A stretch of 64,000 bases of DNA from an uncultured bacterium (GTDB lineage Bacteria; Desulfobacterota; BSN033; UBA1163): NCBI GenBank assembly GCA_938002255.1, contig CALLAL010000012.1:41456-105455 (forward strand), written 5' to 3'. Within the stretch, counting starts at the first letter, position 1. Every line of letters begins with the position of its first letter. This document shows, piece after piece, positions 1 through 9,680 of this stretch. A program made the position numbers and the translations under genes. A model generated the notes under the pieces. The model did not search any database. It saw only the letters and a list, made by a program, of their open reading frames with translations, and was not told the DNA's origin.

Positions 1-402
1 AAGATTCTAAAAGAGGTGGGATTGGGTTATCTAACACTGGGTCAATCCACCAATACGTTGAGCGGAGGGGAATCCCAGCGATTGAAATTAGCACAACATA
101 TTGGACGGGCAGATTCCGGGAAATATCTCTTTATCTTCGACGAGCCAACCACTGGTCTCCACCTGGCAGACATTGAACTTCTTCTCAAAACGTTTGATCG
201 CCTCCTGAACCAAGGGCATTCCCTGATTGTCATCGAACACAATCTGGATCTCATTCAATGTGCTGACTACATTATTGACCTCGGTCCAGAGGGGGGGGAA
301 GGAGGTGGGAGAATTGTGGCGGAAGGTCCCCCTCAAGTCGTGATGGCTTCGAGTCAATCCTTGACCGGACAGTTCTTGAAACAAAGGTTTCAAAATTCAT
401 AA
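1..402 (+). CDS. uvrA: Excinuclease ABC subunit A, C-terminal fragment (5' end lies outside the window)
   Basis: ABC signature LSGGESQRLKLA, Walker B FIFDEPTTGLH and the typical UvrA C-terminal tail; the frame is open from base 1. Confidence 0.9.
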   Translation, partial: KILKEVGLGYLTLGQSTNTLSGGESQRLKLAQHIGRADSGKYLFIFDEPTTGLHLADIELLLKTFDRLLNQGHSLIVIEHNLDLIQCADYIIDLGPEGGEGGGRIVAEGPPQVVMASSQSLTGQFLKQRFQNS

Positions 403-432
403 ATCCGAAATTCGAATGTGGTGCCTCAGATT

Positions 433-693
433 TTAGAGGTCTGTTCTTTGTTTAATGCAACTGAGCATCTGCTCAAGTCGGGTCCTCTCAAATCCGACCA
501 TCACTTCGTTACAGGCGACAATGACCGGAACACTCCGTGCCCCTGAGATCTTAACCATCTCATCAAGAGCCGCACGGTCTTTGGTTACATCGTATTCGGT
601 ATAGGTGTAGCCTTTCTGTGAAAGGAATTCTTTCGCCATCCTGCAATATGGACAGGTTGGGGTTGAATAAATCTTAATTTCTTCACTGGCCAT
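433..693 (-). CDS. Glutaredoxin-family thiol-disulfide oxidoreductase
   Basis: CPYC active-site motif; about 86 aa if started at Met-21 of the ORF, which is preceded by a GAGGAGG RBS; the upstream ATG at 753 has no RBS. Confidence 0.8.
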   Translation of the reverse strand: MASEEIKIYSTPTCPYCRMAKEFLSQKGYTYTEYDVTKDRAALDEMVKISGARSVPVIVACNEVMVGFERTRLEQMLSCIKQRTDL

Positions 694-809
694 AGACGCC
701 TCCTCTTTCTTTAGAGTTGAAAAGCATTCAGATCTATTATAAAACGGAATCAATCTAAAATGTCAATAAATCTTTTCTAATCTGGACGATGATCCAATCC
801 TGAAATCCC

Positions 810-1496
810 ATGACGATCAAACATCCTTTGTTGCAAGAAGCAGCCTGTGACTTTCGATACCTATTAAATCGAGGTTATCCGAGGAAAGGAGCGCTGGAGC
901 TGGTTGGCAATCGCTATCAACTTACTTTAGATGAACGCCATCTCCTCCATCGAGGGGTCTTTTCAGAAGAGGATTCTCAACGCAGAAGGACAAAGAAGAT
1001 CTCTTTCCATAGGCTTCGGAATCGAGATCTTGCCATCGATGGCCATAATGTGTTGATGACCCTTGAGGCTGGCCTTTCAGGACGGCGTCTTATCTGTGGA
1101 GATGATGGGTTTATTCGAGACATTTCAGGAGTCTCTGGAAATTACCGCAAATCAAACGTGACAGAAGAAGCTCTCCAGCTCCTCTTCCATGCCCTCAAAC
1201 GCATCAGGCCGAGACATATTCTCTTCCTCCTTGACGCCCCGATCAGTGGAAGCGGAAGCCTGGCCTCGGAGATCCGAAAACAAATGAAACAGGAAGCTAT
1301 CTCTGGCGATGCTCAAGCAATAAAAGTCCCGGAAAGGATACTCCATGAATTCCCAGGAGTAGTAGCCACCTCCGATTCCGCTATCCTCGATCGAGCCAAG
1401 ATGGCGGTTGATTTAGCTGGGGACCTTTTAAAACAGAAAGGGTTGTGGAACACCGTTCTCTCTCTGGAAAAGAGGAAGACCTCCCTCGGAAAATAG
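810..1496 (+). CDS. Conserved hypothetical protein
   Basis: Clean 228-aa ORF with normal codon usage; no motif I can assign with confidence. Confidence 0.45.
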   Translation: MTIKHPLLQEAACDFRYLLNRGYPRKGALELVGNRYQLTLDERHLLHRGVFSEEDSQRRRTKKISFHRLRNRDLAIDGHNVLMTLEAGLSGRRLICGDDGFIRDISGVSGNYRKSNVTEEALQLLFHALKRIRPRHILFLLDAPISGSGSLASEIRKQMKQEAISGDAQAIKVPERILHEFPGVVATSDSAILDRAKMAVDLAGDLLKQKGLWNTVLSLEKRKTSLGK

Positions 1497-1533
1497 TAGA
1501 AAGCTCATTCGGAGATTTTCCAAAAATAAAAAC

Positions 1534-1600
1534 TTGACAACTTAAAATGACTGGCATATAAGAAAGTTTGGATACTGTATACAAAATAGTTATCCAACTG
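1534..1600 (+). promoter_or_regulatory. Candidate sigma-70 promoter with an inverted-repeat operator upstream of the GntR regulator
   Basis: TTGACA at 1535 with a TATAAG-like -10 about 17 nt downstream; downstream inverted repeat TGGATAC TGTATACA ...TTATCCA. Confidence 0.3.
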
Positions 1601-1614
1601 TTTTAGGAGGAGAC

Positions 1615-2301
1615 ATGGAATACCTGCTCGGAGCAACCAGGCTAAGCAAAAGAAAACCTTTAAGGGAATTGGTCTATGAGTCTCTCAAAAAGTCCATCCT
1701 TCATGGGAAAGTGAAAGCAGGACAGCGATTGATTGAAGAGACACTCGCTCAACAGGTGGGCATTAGTCGAACCCCTGTCCGAGAAGCCTTTTACAAACTC
1801 GAACGGGACGATCTTGTCTCCCGGCTACCCAAGGGGGGATTTGCAGTAAGAGAATTCACCAAGGAGGATGTTGAGGAGATTTTCGGCATTCGAATCGCCC
1901 TTGAAAGTTATGCGGCTTACCTCGCGACCCTCCACATCACTCCAGACAAGATCTCTGCCCTTGAGAAGAAGATTGATGAATCGGAGCAAGCCCTGAAGCG
2001 GGGAGAGGATGACAAGGTGATTCAACTCCACACGGAGTTCCATGATCTTCTTTATAAATCCTCCAAGAGCAAAAAATTAACCGAAATGATTAACAATTTT
2101 CGGGACTATTTTTATCGGTATCGTTCGGCCCTCCTTCGCGCCCCGAACGGTTATAAGACATCGATCACAGGCCATCGACGAATGTTGGAAGCGATGAAGA
2201 AGAAGAATGCACGAGAGGTTGAACGATTGGTGAGGGAGCATCTCGAAAAAGGAAGAGAGATTGTCCTCAATGAAATCGATCAGGGAAGAATGATTCCTTG
2301 A
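1615..2301 (+). CDS. GntR-family transcriptional regulator (FadR/FCD subfamily)
   Basis: N-terminal winged HTH (LAQQVGISRTPVREAFYKLE) plus a C-terminal all-helical FCD-like domain; GGAGG RBS. Confidence 0.85.
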   Translation: MEYLLGATRLSKRKPLRELVYESLKKSILHGKVKAGQRLIEETLAQQVGISRTPVREAFYKLERDDLVSRLPKGGFAVREFTKEDVEEIFGIRIALESYAAYLATLHITPDKISALEKKIDESEQALKRGEDDKVIQLHTEFHDLLYKSSKSKKLTEMINNFRDYFYRYRSALLRAPNGYKTSITGHRRMLEAMKKKNAREVERLVREHLEKGREIVLNEIDQGRMIP

Positions 2302-2359
2302 TCCTTAATGAATGTTGGTTCCCTGATATCAGGTGAGCTGAAATGCCTAACCGAAATGG

Positions 2360-2779
2360 ATGAAAACGAGGAGACCCGTGGAAAAGAAGATTCGTATTTT
2401 AATCGCTAAACCGGGATTGGATGGGCATGATCGTGGGGCGAAAGTCATCGCCCAAGCTCTTCGCGATGCTGGCATGGAAGTGATCTATACCGGACTCCAT
2501 CAAACGATTGATCAAATCATCCAAACAGCAATCCAGGAGGATGTGGACGTCATCGGCCTTTCGGTCATGTCAGGAGCCCATCTTCCCATCTGCGAAAAAT
2601 TGACTCAAAAGATGAAAGAGAAGAATCTGCAGGATATCCTGCTAATCATTGGCGGAGTCATACCTAAACGGGATATCCCTCTTTTGCAGAAGATGGGGGT
2701 TCATGGAATCTTTCCTGGGGGCACTCCATTTGAAGAATCGATCAAATGGATTAAAGAGCATGTTCGTTGCGAAACCTAA
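2360..2779 (+). CDS. Acyl-CoA mutase small subunit, cobalamin-binding domain
   Basis: B12-binding fold: DGHDRG cobalamin-His motif and GLSVMSG; size 139 aa is typical of separate IcmB/HcmB/McmA2-type subunits. Confidence 0.85.
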   Translation: MKTRRPVEKKIRILIAKPGLDGHDRGAKVIAQALRDAGMEVIYTGLHQTIDQIIQTAIQEDVDVIGLSVMSGAHLPICEKLTQKMKEKNLQDILLIIGGVIPKRDIPLLQKMGVHGIFPGGTPFEESIKWIKEHVRCET

Positions 2780-2862
2780 AGTATTAAGCACAAGTCGTAT
2801 CGAATCTTAGGTCATCTAAACCCACTTACCTTTAACGACTTATCCTTGACAAGGAGTCAACC

Positions 2863-4491
2863 ATGGGCGTCGCACGCTATATTAAAAATGAAAAAGATGA
2901 GGTTCTCGATGTGATCTTACAGTCAGGGATTCATATCAAACCGGTTTATACTCAGAAAGATCTGGAGGACATCGGCTTTAATCCCCAGGAGGATTTAGCC
3001 TTACCAGGAGAATATCCGTTCACAAGAGGAATTCACCCGATGGGTTATCGCAGTCGGGAGTGGACTACCCGCCAGTATACTGGCTTTGGCACGCCGGAGG
3101 AAACCAATGAACGATTCAAACTGATGATTTCTCACGGACAGACTGGCCTGAATGTGGCGTTCGATCTTCCAACACAGATGGGGCTTGATTCTGATGATCC
3201 TCTGGCAGAGGGCGAGGTAGGAAGGGTCGGAATGGCTGTCGACTCCTTAAGGGACTTTGAAATCGCTTTTAAGGATATCCCTCTCGATCGAATCGGCGTC
3301 GGGTTGACTATTAATGCCGTGGCAAGCATCATGCTTGCCATGTTTCAAGCCACAGCAGAGAAGTTTGGATTCAAAAAAGACCGGGTCAGCGCAACCCCGC
3401 AAAATGACATCCTGAAAGAAATGATAGGCCGGGGCGCATGGATCTTTCCTGTCCAGCCTGCGGTCCGACTCATCGGAGACACGATCGAATATTCGATGAA
3501 GGAACTCCCCCGCACCAATCCGGTCAGTGTCTGCGGATATCATATCCGGGAGTCAGGATGTTCTCCCGTACAGGAAATAGCCTATGCTTTTCAAATCGCC
3601 AACACCTATATTGAAGAGGTTCTTCAACGAGGTTATGGGATTGATGATTTTGTCAGAGGCTTTACTTTCAATCTCAATGTGTTTGGAAATCTCTGGGAGC
3701 AGGTGGCAAAATTTCGAGCCGCCCGAAAACTCTGGGCAAAAAATTTAAAGGAACGTTATGGAGCCAAGGATAACCGCTCTCTCCTCCTCAGGGGGATTTT
3801 CGGAGGAGGGGGCTACGGAATGACCAAAGCCCAACCGGAAAATAATATTATCCGCGGTGCCTACTATGCCCTTGCCGCTGCACTGGGAGGAGCTCAGACC
3901 ACAGCCCTCTGTTCTTTTGATGAAGCCTATACGATCCCCACTCCGAGGGCAGCCCTTCTCTCTCTCCGAACCTTTCAGATCCTCATGGAAGAGATTGGTC
4001 TTCGAGATACGGTTGATCCATTAGCAGGGTCCTACTTTATCGAAACCCTGACCAAGCAGATGGAAGAGAAGATCGTCGAAGAGATGAAGCGGGTGGACGA
4101 GATGGGAGGCATGATTAAAGCCGTAGAGACCGGATATGTTCAACGAGAAGTCGCCAGACAGGCTTATGAGTTTGAAAAGGGAGTCCAGAAAGGAGAGTTG
4201 ATTAAGGTCGGTGTCAATAAATACACCGAGGGGGAAGAGATGGAGGTGGAACTTCACGAATATCGATGGGAGTCTGCCGAAGAACAGATCAAACGGACCC
4301 AAGCCGTCAGGCGCGAGAGAGAGAATCGAAAAGTGACGCAATTGTTGAAAGAGCTCGAAGGAGCCGCAAAGGCTCAAAAGAATGTGATGCCCTATCTTCT
4401 CGAATGCTGTAAAGCGTACGCAACGGTAGGAGAAATGACCAAGGTCTTTAAAGAAGTCTATGGAGAATTTAAAGAGCCCAGCATCTTCTGA
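2863..4491 (+). CDS. Acyl-CoA mutase large (catalytic, substrate-binding) subunit
   Basis: Methylmalonyl-CoA mutase family N-terminal TIM-barrel motifs (FTRGIHPMGYR, RQYTGFGT, GLNVAFDLPTQ); it lacks its own B12 domain. Confidence 0.85.
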   Translation: MGVARYIKNEKDEVLDVILQSGIHIKPVYTQKDLEDIGFNPQEDLALPGEYPFTRGIHPMGYRSREWTTRQYTGFGTPEETNERFKLMISHGQTGLNVAFDLPTQMGLDSDDPLAEGEVGRVGMAVDSLRDFEIAFKDIPLDRIGVGLTINAVASIMLAMFQATAEKFGFKKDRVSATPQNDILKEMIGRGAWIFPVQPAVRLIGDTIEYSMKELPRTNPVSVCGYHIRESGCSPVQEIAYAFQIANTYIEEVLQRGYGIDDFVRGFTFNLNVFGNLWEQVAKFRAARKLWAKNLKERYGAKDNRSLLLRGIFGGGGYGMTKAQPENNIIRGAYYALAAALGGAQTTALCSFDEAYTIPTPRAALLSLRTFQILMEEIGLRDTVDPLAGSYFIETLTKQMEEKIVEEMKRVDEMGGMIKAVETGYVQREVARQAYEFEKGVQKGELIKVGVNKYTEGEEMEVELHEYRWESAEEQIKRTQAVRRERENRKVTQLLKELEGAAKAQKNVMPYLLECCKAYATVGEMTKVFKEVYGEFKEPSIF

Positions 4492-4499
4492 TGAGGAGA

Positions 4500-4615
4500 A
4501 AATCATAAATTCAAAGCTTGAAACCTGAAATTCGAAGCAATTTTCAAAGGATTGATTTCCAACTGTTCAATTTGTTTCGAATTTCGATATTCCAATTTCG
4601 AATTTTAGAGGGGGT
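4500..4615. promoter_or_regulatory. Array of TTCGAA-containing inverted repeats (candidate operator/promoter) between the mutase and dehydrogenase-hydratase genes
   Basis: GAAATTCGAA, TTTCGAATTTCGA, AATTTCGAATTTT and TTCAAA variants within 115 bp. Confidence 0.35.
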
Positions 4616-4620
4616 GTGTT

Positions 4621-6642
4621 ATGGCATTTACGATGTTTGGTCGGACCATTCGAAAAGTTGGGGTGATAGGTTCAGGAAATATTGGCCCTGATATCGCCCT
4701 CCATTTCAGCCAGAATCTCTACTCCTATGGAGTGCCTGTTGTCATCGTTGATATTGTCCAGGCAGCTCTGGATTCCGGGTCAAAGAAGGCCCAAGCCAAG
4801 ATGGACAAGGCCGCTGAAAAAAAGATTTATAAAAAGGATGTGGCAGAAGCCATCTTCAAAAACATGATCTTCACCACGGACTACAATACACTCAGCGATG
4901 CCGATTTGGTCATTGAAGCCGCCTTTGAGAGTATCGAAGTGAAAGATAAAATTTTTAGCCGATGTGAAGAGGTCTGCCCAAAAACGACGATTTTGGCCTC
5001 CAATACTTCTCATATGGTTCCTGATGACATTTTCAGCAAAATGAAGGATAAAACCAGGTGTTTGGCCATCCACTATTTTTTCCCTGCTGAAAGAAATATG
5101 GCTCTTGAAATCATTCCCGGCACGGAGACAGATCCGGGGTTAGTCGAATATCTAATGAAATTTTATGAGTTCATCGGAAAGGCACCTATCGAGGTAAAAC
5201 CACGATATGGATTTGCTCTGAATCCAATTTTTGAAGGGGTCTTCCTTGCAGCAGCCTTGATGGTCGAAAGAGGGATAGCAAGCGTCAAGCAGGCAGATGC
5301 CATTGTTCAGAAGGCTCTGAGTATGGGGGTAGGACCCTTCACGGCTCATAATCTTGCAGGAGGGAATCCCCTGACCCAGCATGGCTTGATGGGAATGACT
5401 TCAACGATTATGCCCTGGTTCCGTTCACCCAAGATCCTGGATGACCAGGTAAAATCGGGAAAACCTTGGGAGACGGCTGCAAAAGGAGAGACGGTTGAAT
5501 ATTCTCAGGAAATGTATGAGGCAGTGGCAAACTGGGTCATGGGAGCTTACTTTGGAATGGCCTGTGAAATCGTTGAAAGCGGTATTACCAATATCGGCGA
5601 TTTTGAGCTGGGGGTTGATATTGGATTGGTCATGGCGCCGCCTTTTGGACTGATGAACAAGGTTGGAATCAAGAGATCCCTTGAATTAGTCGAGAACTAT
5701 GCAAAGGAAAATCCTGGATTTAAAGTAGCTGACCTTCTGGTTAAACAGGCAGCTTCAGAAAAACCTTGGAGGATTCCCGTTGTCCTCCGAATGGATAGAG
5801 GAGAAGTGGCTATCATCAAGATACGTCGTCCCAAAGTTCTTAATGCGCTCAATGAAGATGTTTTCGAACAACTGAGAGAGACCTTCACAGAAATTCAGAA
5901 AGATCCAAAGATCAAAGGGGCGATTCTCACTGGCTTCGGAACAAGGGCCTTTGTCTCAGGCGCAGATATTGGAATGTTGGCGGCTCAAAAAACGGCTGAG
6001 GAAGCGGAGAAGGCCTGCCTGAAGAACTACGCAATCCTCGATCTCATTGAAAACCTGGGTAAGCCTGTGGTTTGCGCAATGAATGGCTTGGCCTTTGGCG
6101 GTGGAAATGAGATTGCCATGGCCTGCACCGTTAGGATTGCCAATAAAGGTCAAAAGGTTTTTGTGGCTCAGCCAGAACCGAGACTCGGGTTCATCCCTGG
6201 AGCTGGAGGAACACAGAGGCTTCCAAGGCTGATCGGGATTGAAAAGGCGTGGCCCATCCTTAGAAATGCGAATCCAATCTCATCGGCTCAAGCCAGAGAG
6301 ATTGGCCTGATTCAGGAGGAGGTGGAAGGAGACCTTATTGAAGCAGGCATCCGATGGATAAATGATCTTCTCTCCGGAAAAGTGAAACCACCGACCATGC
6401 CCAAAGGTCCAATTCCCATCCCTTCAACATTACCGGAGGTCGACATCGGTCACTTAAGCAGGAAGATCGACTCCATCCTGCAAAAAGCCATTTTAGAAGG
6501 GGCAAAGACAACCTTGGAGGAAGGGTTGAAACTCGAAGCCAAACTCTTTGGGGAGTGTTTCTATACTCAGGATCGGCAGATTGGGATAGAAAACTTCATG
6601 AAAAACGGCCCCAAGGTCAATGCAAACTTCGTACACCAATAA
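4621..6642 (+). CDS. Bifunctional 3-hydroxyacyl-CoA dehydrogenase (N-terminal) / enoyl-CoA hydratase (C-terminal)
   Basis: N-terminal Rossmann motif VGVIGSGNIGPDIA plus the 3HCDH C-domain; C-terminal crotonase fold (AIIKIRRPKVLNALN...GADI); domain order is reversed relative to FadB. Confidence 0.85.
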   Translation: MAFTMFGRTIRKVGVIGSGNIGPDIALHFSQNLYSYGVPVVIVDIVQAALDSGSKKAQAKMDKAAEKKIYKKDVAEAIFKNMIFTTDYNTLSDADLVIEAAFESIEVKDKIFSRCEEVCPKTTILASNTSHMVPDDIFSKMKDKTRCLAIHYFFPAERNMALEIIPGTETDPGLVEYLMKFYEFIGKAPIEVKPRYGFALNPIFEGVFLAAALMVERGIASVKQADAIVQKALSMGVGPFTAHNLAGGNPLTQHGLMGMTSTIMPWFRSPKILDDQVKSGKPWETAAKGETVEYSQEMYEAVANWVMGAYFGMACEIVESGITNIGDFELGVDIGLVMAPPFGLMNKVGIKRSLELVENYAKENPGFKVADLLVKQAASEKPWRIPVVLRMDRGEVAIIKIRRPKVLNALNEDVFEQLRETFTEIQKDPKIKGAILTGFGTRAFVSGADIGMLAAQKTAEEAEKACLKNYAILDLIENLGKPVVCAMNGLAFGGGNEIAMACTVRIANKGQKVFVAQPEPRLGFIPGAGGTQRLPRLIGIEKAWPILRNANPISSAQAREIGLIQEEVEGDLIEAGIRWINDLLSGKVKPPTMPKGPIPIPSTLPEVDIGHLSRKIDSILQKAILEGAKTTLEEGLKLEAKLFGECFYTQDRQIGIENFMKNGPKVNANFVHQ

Positions 6643-6718
6643 TCTCCTCCTTTTTGAATAAGGGAGGTGAAGGAACCCTCTTTAAAATTCAATCTATTCG
6701 GCACCTGGAGGTAAGGTC

Positions 6719-7702
6719 ATGAAAAGTGCTCTTCGGTTGGTATTTTTTTTATGGGTAGGAATTTCTTTCATGATGGGAATTTCTTCGGCTGAGGCGAAGG
6801 AATGGCCTAAGATTGTCACCATTGGAGGAGCCCCTGTAGGAGGAACAGGATATGTGTATTCAGGGGGATTTGCAAAAGTCCTTCATGAAAAAATGGCCAT
6901 TACGGCTTCCGTCGAAGCCACTGGAGGTCCGGTTCATAATACTCAACTGGTCAACGCGAAGGAAGCCACCTTTGGAGGGGTAAGTGCACCGGCTGTCTAT
7001 GATGGATGGCATGGTCTGGGATGGGCAAAAGGAAAGAAACATCAGGATATCCGAATTATATTTCCAATGTTTAACACTTTCTTTCAAATCTACGCTTTGA
7101 AAAAAAGCGGGGTCAAAGAAGTCCAAGATTTATCTGGAAAGAGTCTCGGGGTCGGTCCGGTGGGAGGAACCTCAGCAATGCTCTGGCCTCAGGTTCTTGA
7201 AACGCTACGGATTAAACCAGGACGGGTGGTGAATGCAAGCTCATCAGATCTCAACTCACAATTAAAAGACGGCCTCCTTGATGCCAATGCTCAAACCGTT
7301 GGGTTACCCTGGTCCCTGATCTCTGAAATCGAGACAACTCATGAGATCAATGTGCTCGGGCTTTCTAAAAAAGAGAGCCAGACGGTGCTTGAAAAGTTTC
7401 CGTTCCTTTCAACCGGCCATATCCCGAAAGGAACTTACAAAACGAATAAAGAGAAAGATATCGAGACCCTCACTTTCTGGAGTTTTTTTATTACTCACAA
7501 GGATATGCCCGATGATTTTATTTATGAAGTCTTAAAAAGAGTTTATGAGAATACAGATATCATGATCGCCACACATAAGTCTGCAAAGGAGACGAAGCCA
7601 GAATATATCGTGTATAGCCCCCTTCCCCTTCACCCGGGAGCCGTCAAATTTTATAAAGAGAAAGGAATCGCCCTGCCAGACAGGTTACTTTCAACCAGAT
7701 AG
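6719..7702 (+). CDS. TRAP transporter solute receptor, TAXI family
   Basis: Signal peptide; size and composition are typical of TAXI (immunogenic-protein family) binding proteins; lies directly upstream of a fused TRAP permease. Confidence 0.75.
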   Translation: MKSALRLVFFLWVGISFMMGISSAEAKEWPKIVTIGGAPVGGTGYVYSGGFAKVLHEKMAITASVEATGGPVHNTQLVNAKEATFGGVSAPAVYDGWHGLGWAKGKKHQDIRIIFPMFNTFFQIYALKKSGVKEVQDLSGKSLGVGPVGGTSAMLWPQVLETLRIKPGRVVNASSSDLNSQLKDGLLDANAQTVGLPWSLISEIETTHEINVLGLSKKESQTVLEKFPFLSTGHIPKGTYKTNKEKDIETLTFWSFFITHKDMPDDFIYEVLKRVYENTDIMIATHKSAKETKPEYIVYSPLPLHPGAVKFYKEKGIALPDRLLSTR

Positions 7703-7744
7703 GCATAGCGATTTTAAACAACGAGCGACCGATACAATTCGTTC

Positions 7745-9667
7745 ATGAATGATCGATCTCCGGAAATCAGTCAAAAATTATGTAAAATCAAGGATCTTGA
7801 AGTTTCCCCTAAAAGAGAATTCCAGGGCCCATTAGCCATCCTTCTTCTGATCATTGGGTTCCTGATGAGTCTTTTTCATATTATCGTCTTGACCTTCACA
7901 CCCATTGACCCCTGGTTCTTTAGAAGCCTCCACGTTGTCTTCGCCGGTATCCTTGTCTTTTCGTTGGTTCCAGGTTGGGGAAAAGTCCCCCAAAATCGCC
8001 CTCATCTCATGGACTATCTATGGATGGCAACCCTCATCCTTCCAGTCGTCTATTTAACTTTTGAATTCGACACATGGGTTTATCGGGTTGGAGTTACCCC
8101 TACTCTTTTAGACACCCTTTTCTCTCTCCTCTTTGTTCTCGGCGTCCTGGAGATGGCACGGCGAACGACAGGGTGGACCCTTACGATCATTTCTGTGTTT
8201 TTCGTCTTCTACGGTTACTTCGGTCCCTATATGCCAGGAATCCTCCAGCATAAGGGGTATAGTTGGCCTCGCATCTTAACCTATCTTTTCAGTTTGGATG
8301 GAATTCTCAGTATTCCCGTCTTCGCTTCAGCCCACTATATCTTCCTTTTTATCCTCTTTGGTGCATTCTTGGACGCGTCCGGCGCAGGTCGTTTCTTCGT
8401 CGATTTCGCGCGATCGATTGCGGGTGGACGCAGAGGAGGTCCTGCAAAGGTCTCCATCGTATCCAGTGCGATGATTGGAACTGCTTCAGGGTCTTCGGTT
8501 GCCAATGTTGTCGTGGATGGAGTATTCAACATTCCTCTGATGAAAGCCAGTGGATTTAAACCGGCCATTGCCGGTGCGATTGAAGCCATGAACTCAGCGG
8601 GTGGACAGATCGTTCCTCCGGTCATGGGGGCAGGTGCCTTTCTTATGGCTGAGATCCTTGGAATCCCCTACTCAAAAATTGCCCTTGCCGCCATTATTCC
8701 AGCGGCCCTCTACTACAGCGCGGCCTACTGGATGATTGACTTTTATTCCGCTCGAATGGGTCTCCTGGGCATGCCCAAACAAGAACTTCCATCTTTCAGG
8801 AAACTTCTAATAGAAAAGGGATATCTACTGGTTCCCCTGCTTGTTCTCCTATATAGTTTGATGGTCCTCCAGCTTTCTCCTTTCCGATCCGCCTTGTGGG
8901 CGACCCTTGTATTGATTGGGTTGAGCGGGTTCAAAAAAGAGACCCGACTCGATTTAAGAAAAATTTTAAAAACCCTTTCCATCGGACCTCGGAGTGCCAT
9001 GGAGATTGCAGCAACCTGTGCAGCCGCTGGCATCATCGTCGGTATCATCTCACAAACAGGATTGGGAATGAAGTTCGCCATGATCATCATCACCTATTCC
9101 AAAGGAAACCTTTTCATGGCTTTGGTTCTTACAATGATCATTGCCATTGTCCTCGGAATGGGCATGCCTACCACTGCCGCCTATGCGATCTCTGCCTCGG
9201 TCCTTCCTCCAGCACTGATCAAACTGGGAGTCCATCCCATTGGCGCCCATCTTTTCATCTTCTATTTCGCCTGCCTTTCTCCCCTCACCCCTCCTTTGGC
9301 AGTGGCTTCCTACGCAGCGGCAGCCATAGCCAATGCAAGAGTCTGGGAGGTTGCCTGGCTTTCAATGAAATTTGCCATCGCAGGATTTATTGTTCCTTAT
9401 ATGTTTGCCTATGGGCCACCTCTTATCCTTGAAGGAGAGGCGGGGGATATTCTGTTTGCACTCATCACTGGGTTGCTCGGAACGATGACCCTTTCCGCCG
9501 CGGTTCAGGGTTGGTTCTGGGGGAATTTAAATTATCTCAAACGAATCTATCTCCTTGCCATGTCGCTTCTTCTCATCAAACCAGGATGGCAGTCAGACCT
9601 CATTGGATTGGGTCTTTTATTCCTTCTACTTCTCGTTCAATATCTCAAAGGCAAAAAAACTTCCTGA
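7745..9667 (+). CDS. TRAP transporter fused 4TM/12TM permease (TAXI-associated)
   Basis: 640-aa polytopic membrane protein with a DctM-like core fused to a DctQ-like N-terminus. Confidence 0.8.
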   Translation: MNDRSPEISQKLCKIKDLEVSPKREFQGPLAILLLIIGFLMSLFHIIVLTFTPIDPWFFRSLHVVFAGILVFSLVPGWGKVPQNRPHLMDYLWMATLILPVVYLTFEFDTWVYRVGVTPTLLDTLFSLLFVLGVLEMARRTTGWTLTIISVFFVFYGYFGPYMPGILQHKGYSWPRILTYLFSLDGILSIPVFASAHYIFLFILFGAFLDASGAGRFFVDFARSIAGGRRGGPAKVSIVSSAMIGTASGSSVANVVVDGVFNIPLMKASGFKPAIAGAIEAMNSAGGQIVPPVMGAGAFLMAEILGIPYSKIALAAIIPAALYYSAAYWMIDFYSARMGLLGMPKQELPSFRKLLIEKGYLLVPLLVLLYSLMVLQLSPFRSALWATLVLIGLSGFKKETRLDLRKILKTLSIGPRSAMEIAATCAAAGIIVGIISQTGLGMKFAMIIITYSKGNLFMALVLTMIIAIVLGMGMPTTAAYAISASVLPPALIKLGVHPIGAHLFIFYFACLSPLTPPLAVASYAAAAIANARVWEVAWLSMKFAIAGFIVPYMFAYGPPLILEGEAGDILFALITGLLGTMTLSAAVQGWFWGNLNYLKRIYLLAMSLLLIKPGWQSDLIGLGLLFLLLLVQYLKGKKTS

Positions 9668-9680
9668 AAGGATATAAGGT

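Noticed and set aside
8263-9432. Several 60-180 aa ORFs (8263-8559, 8335-8625, 8743-9093, 8896-9432) inside the TRAP fused permease gene
   Set aside because: They overlap a long, well-supported membrane-protein gene in other frames or on the other strand. They are Arg/Cys/His-rich, as expected for off-frame translation of hydrophobic coding DNA, and lack RBS or context support.
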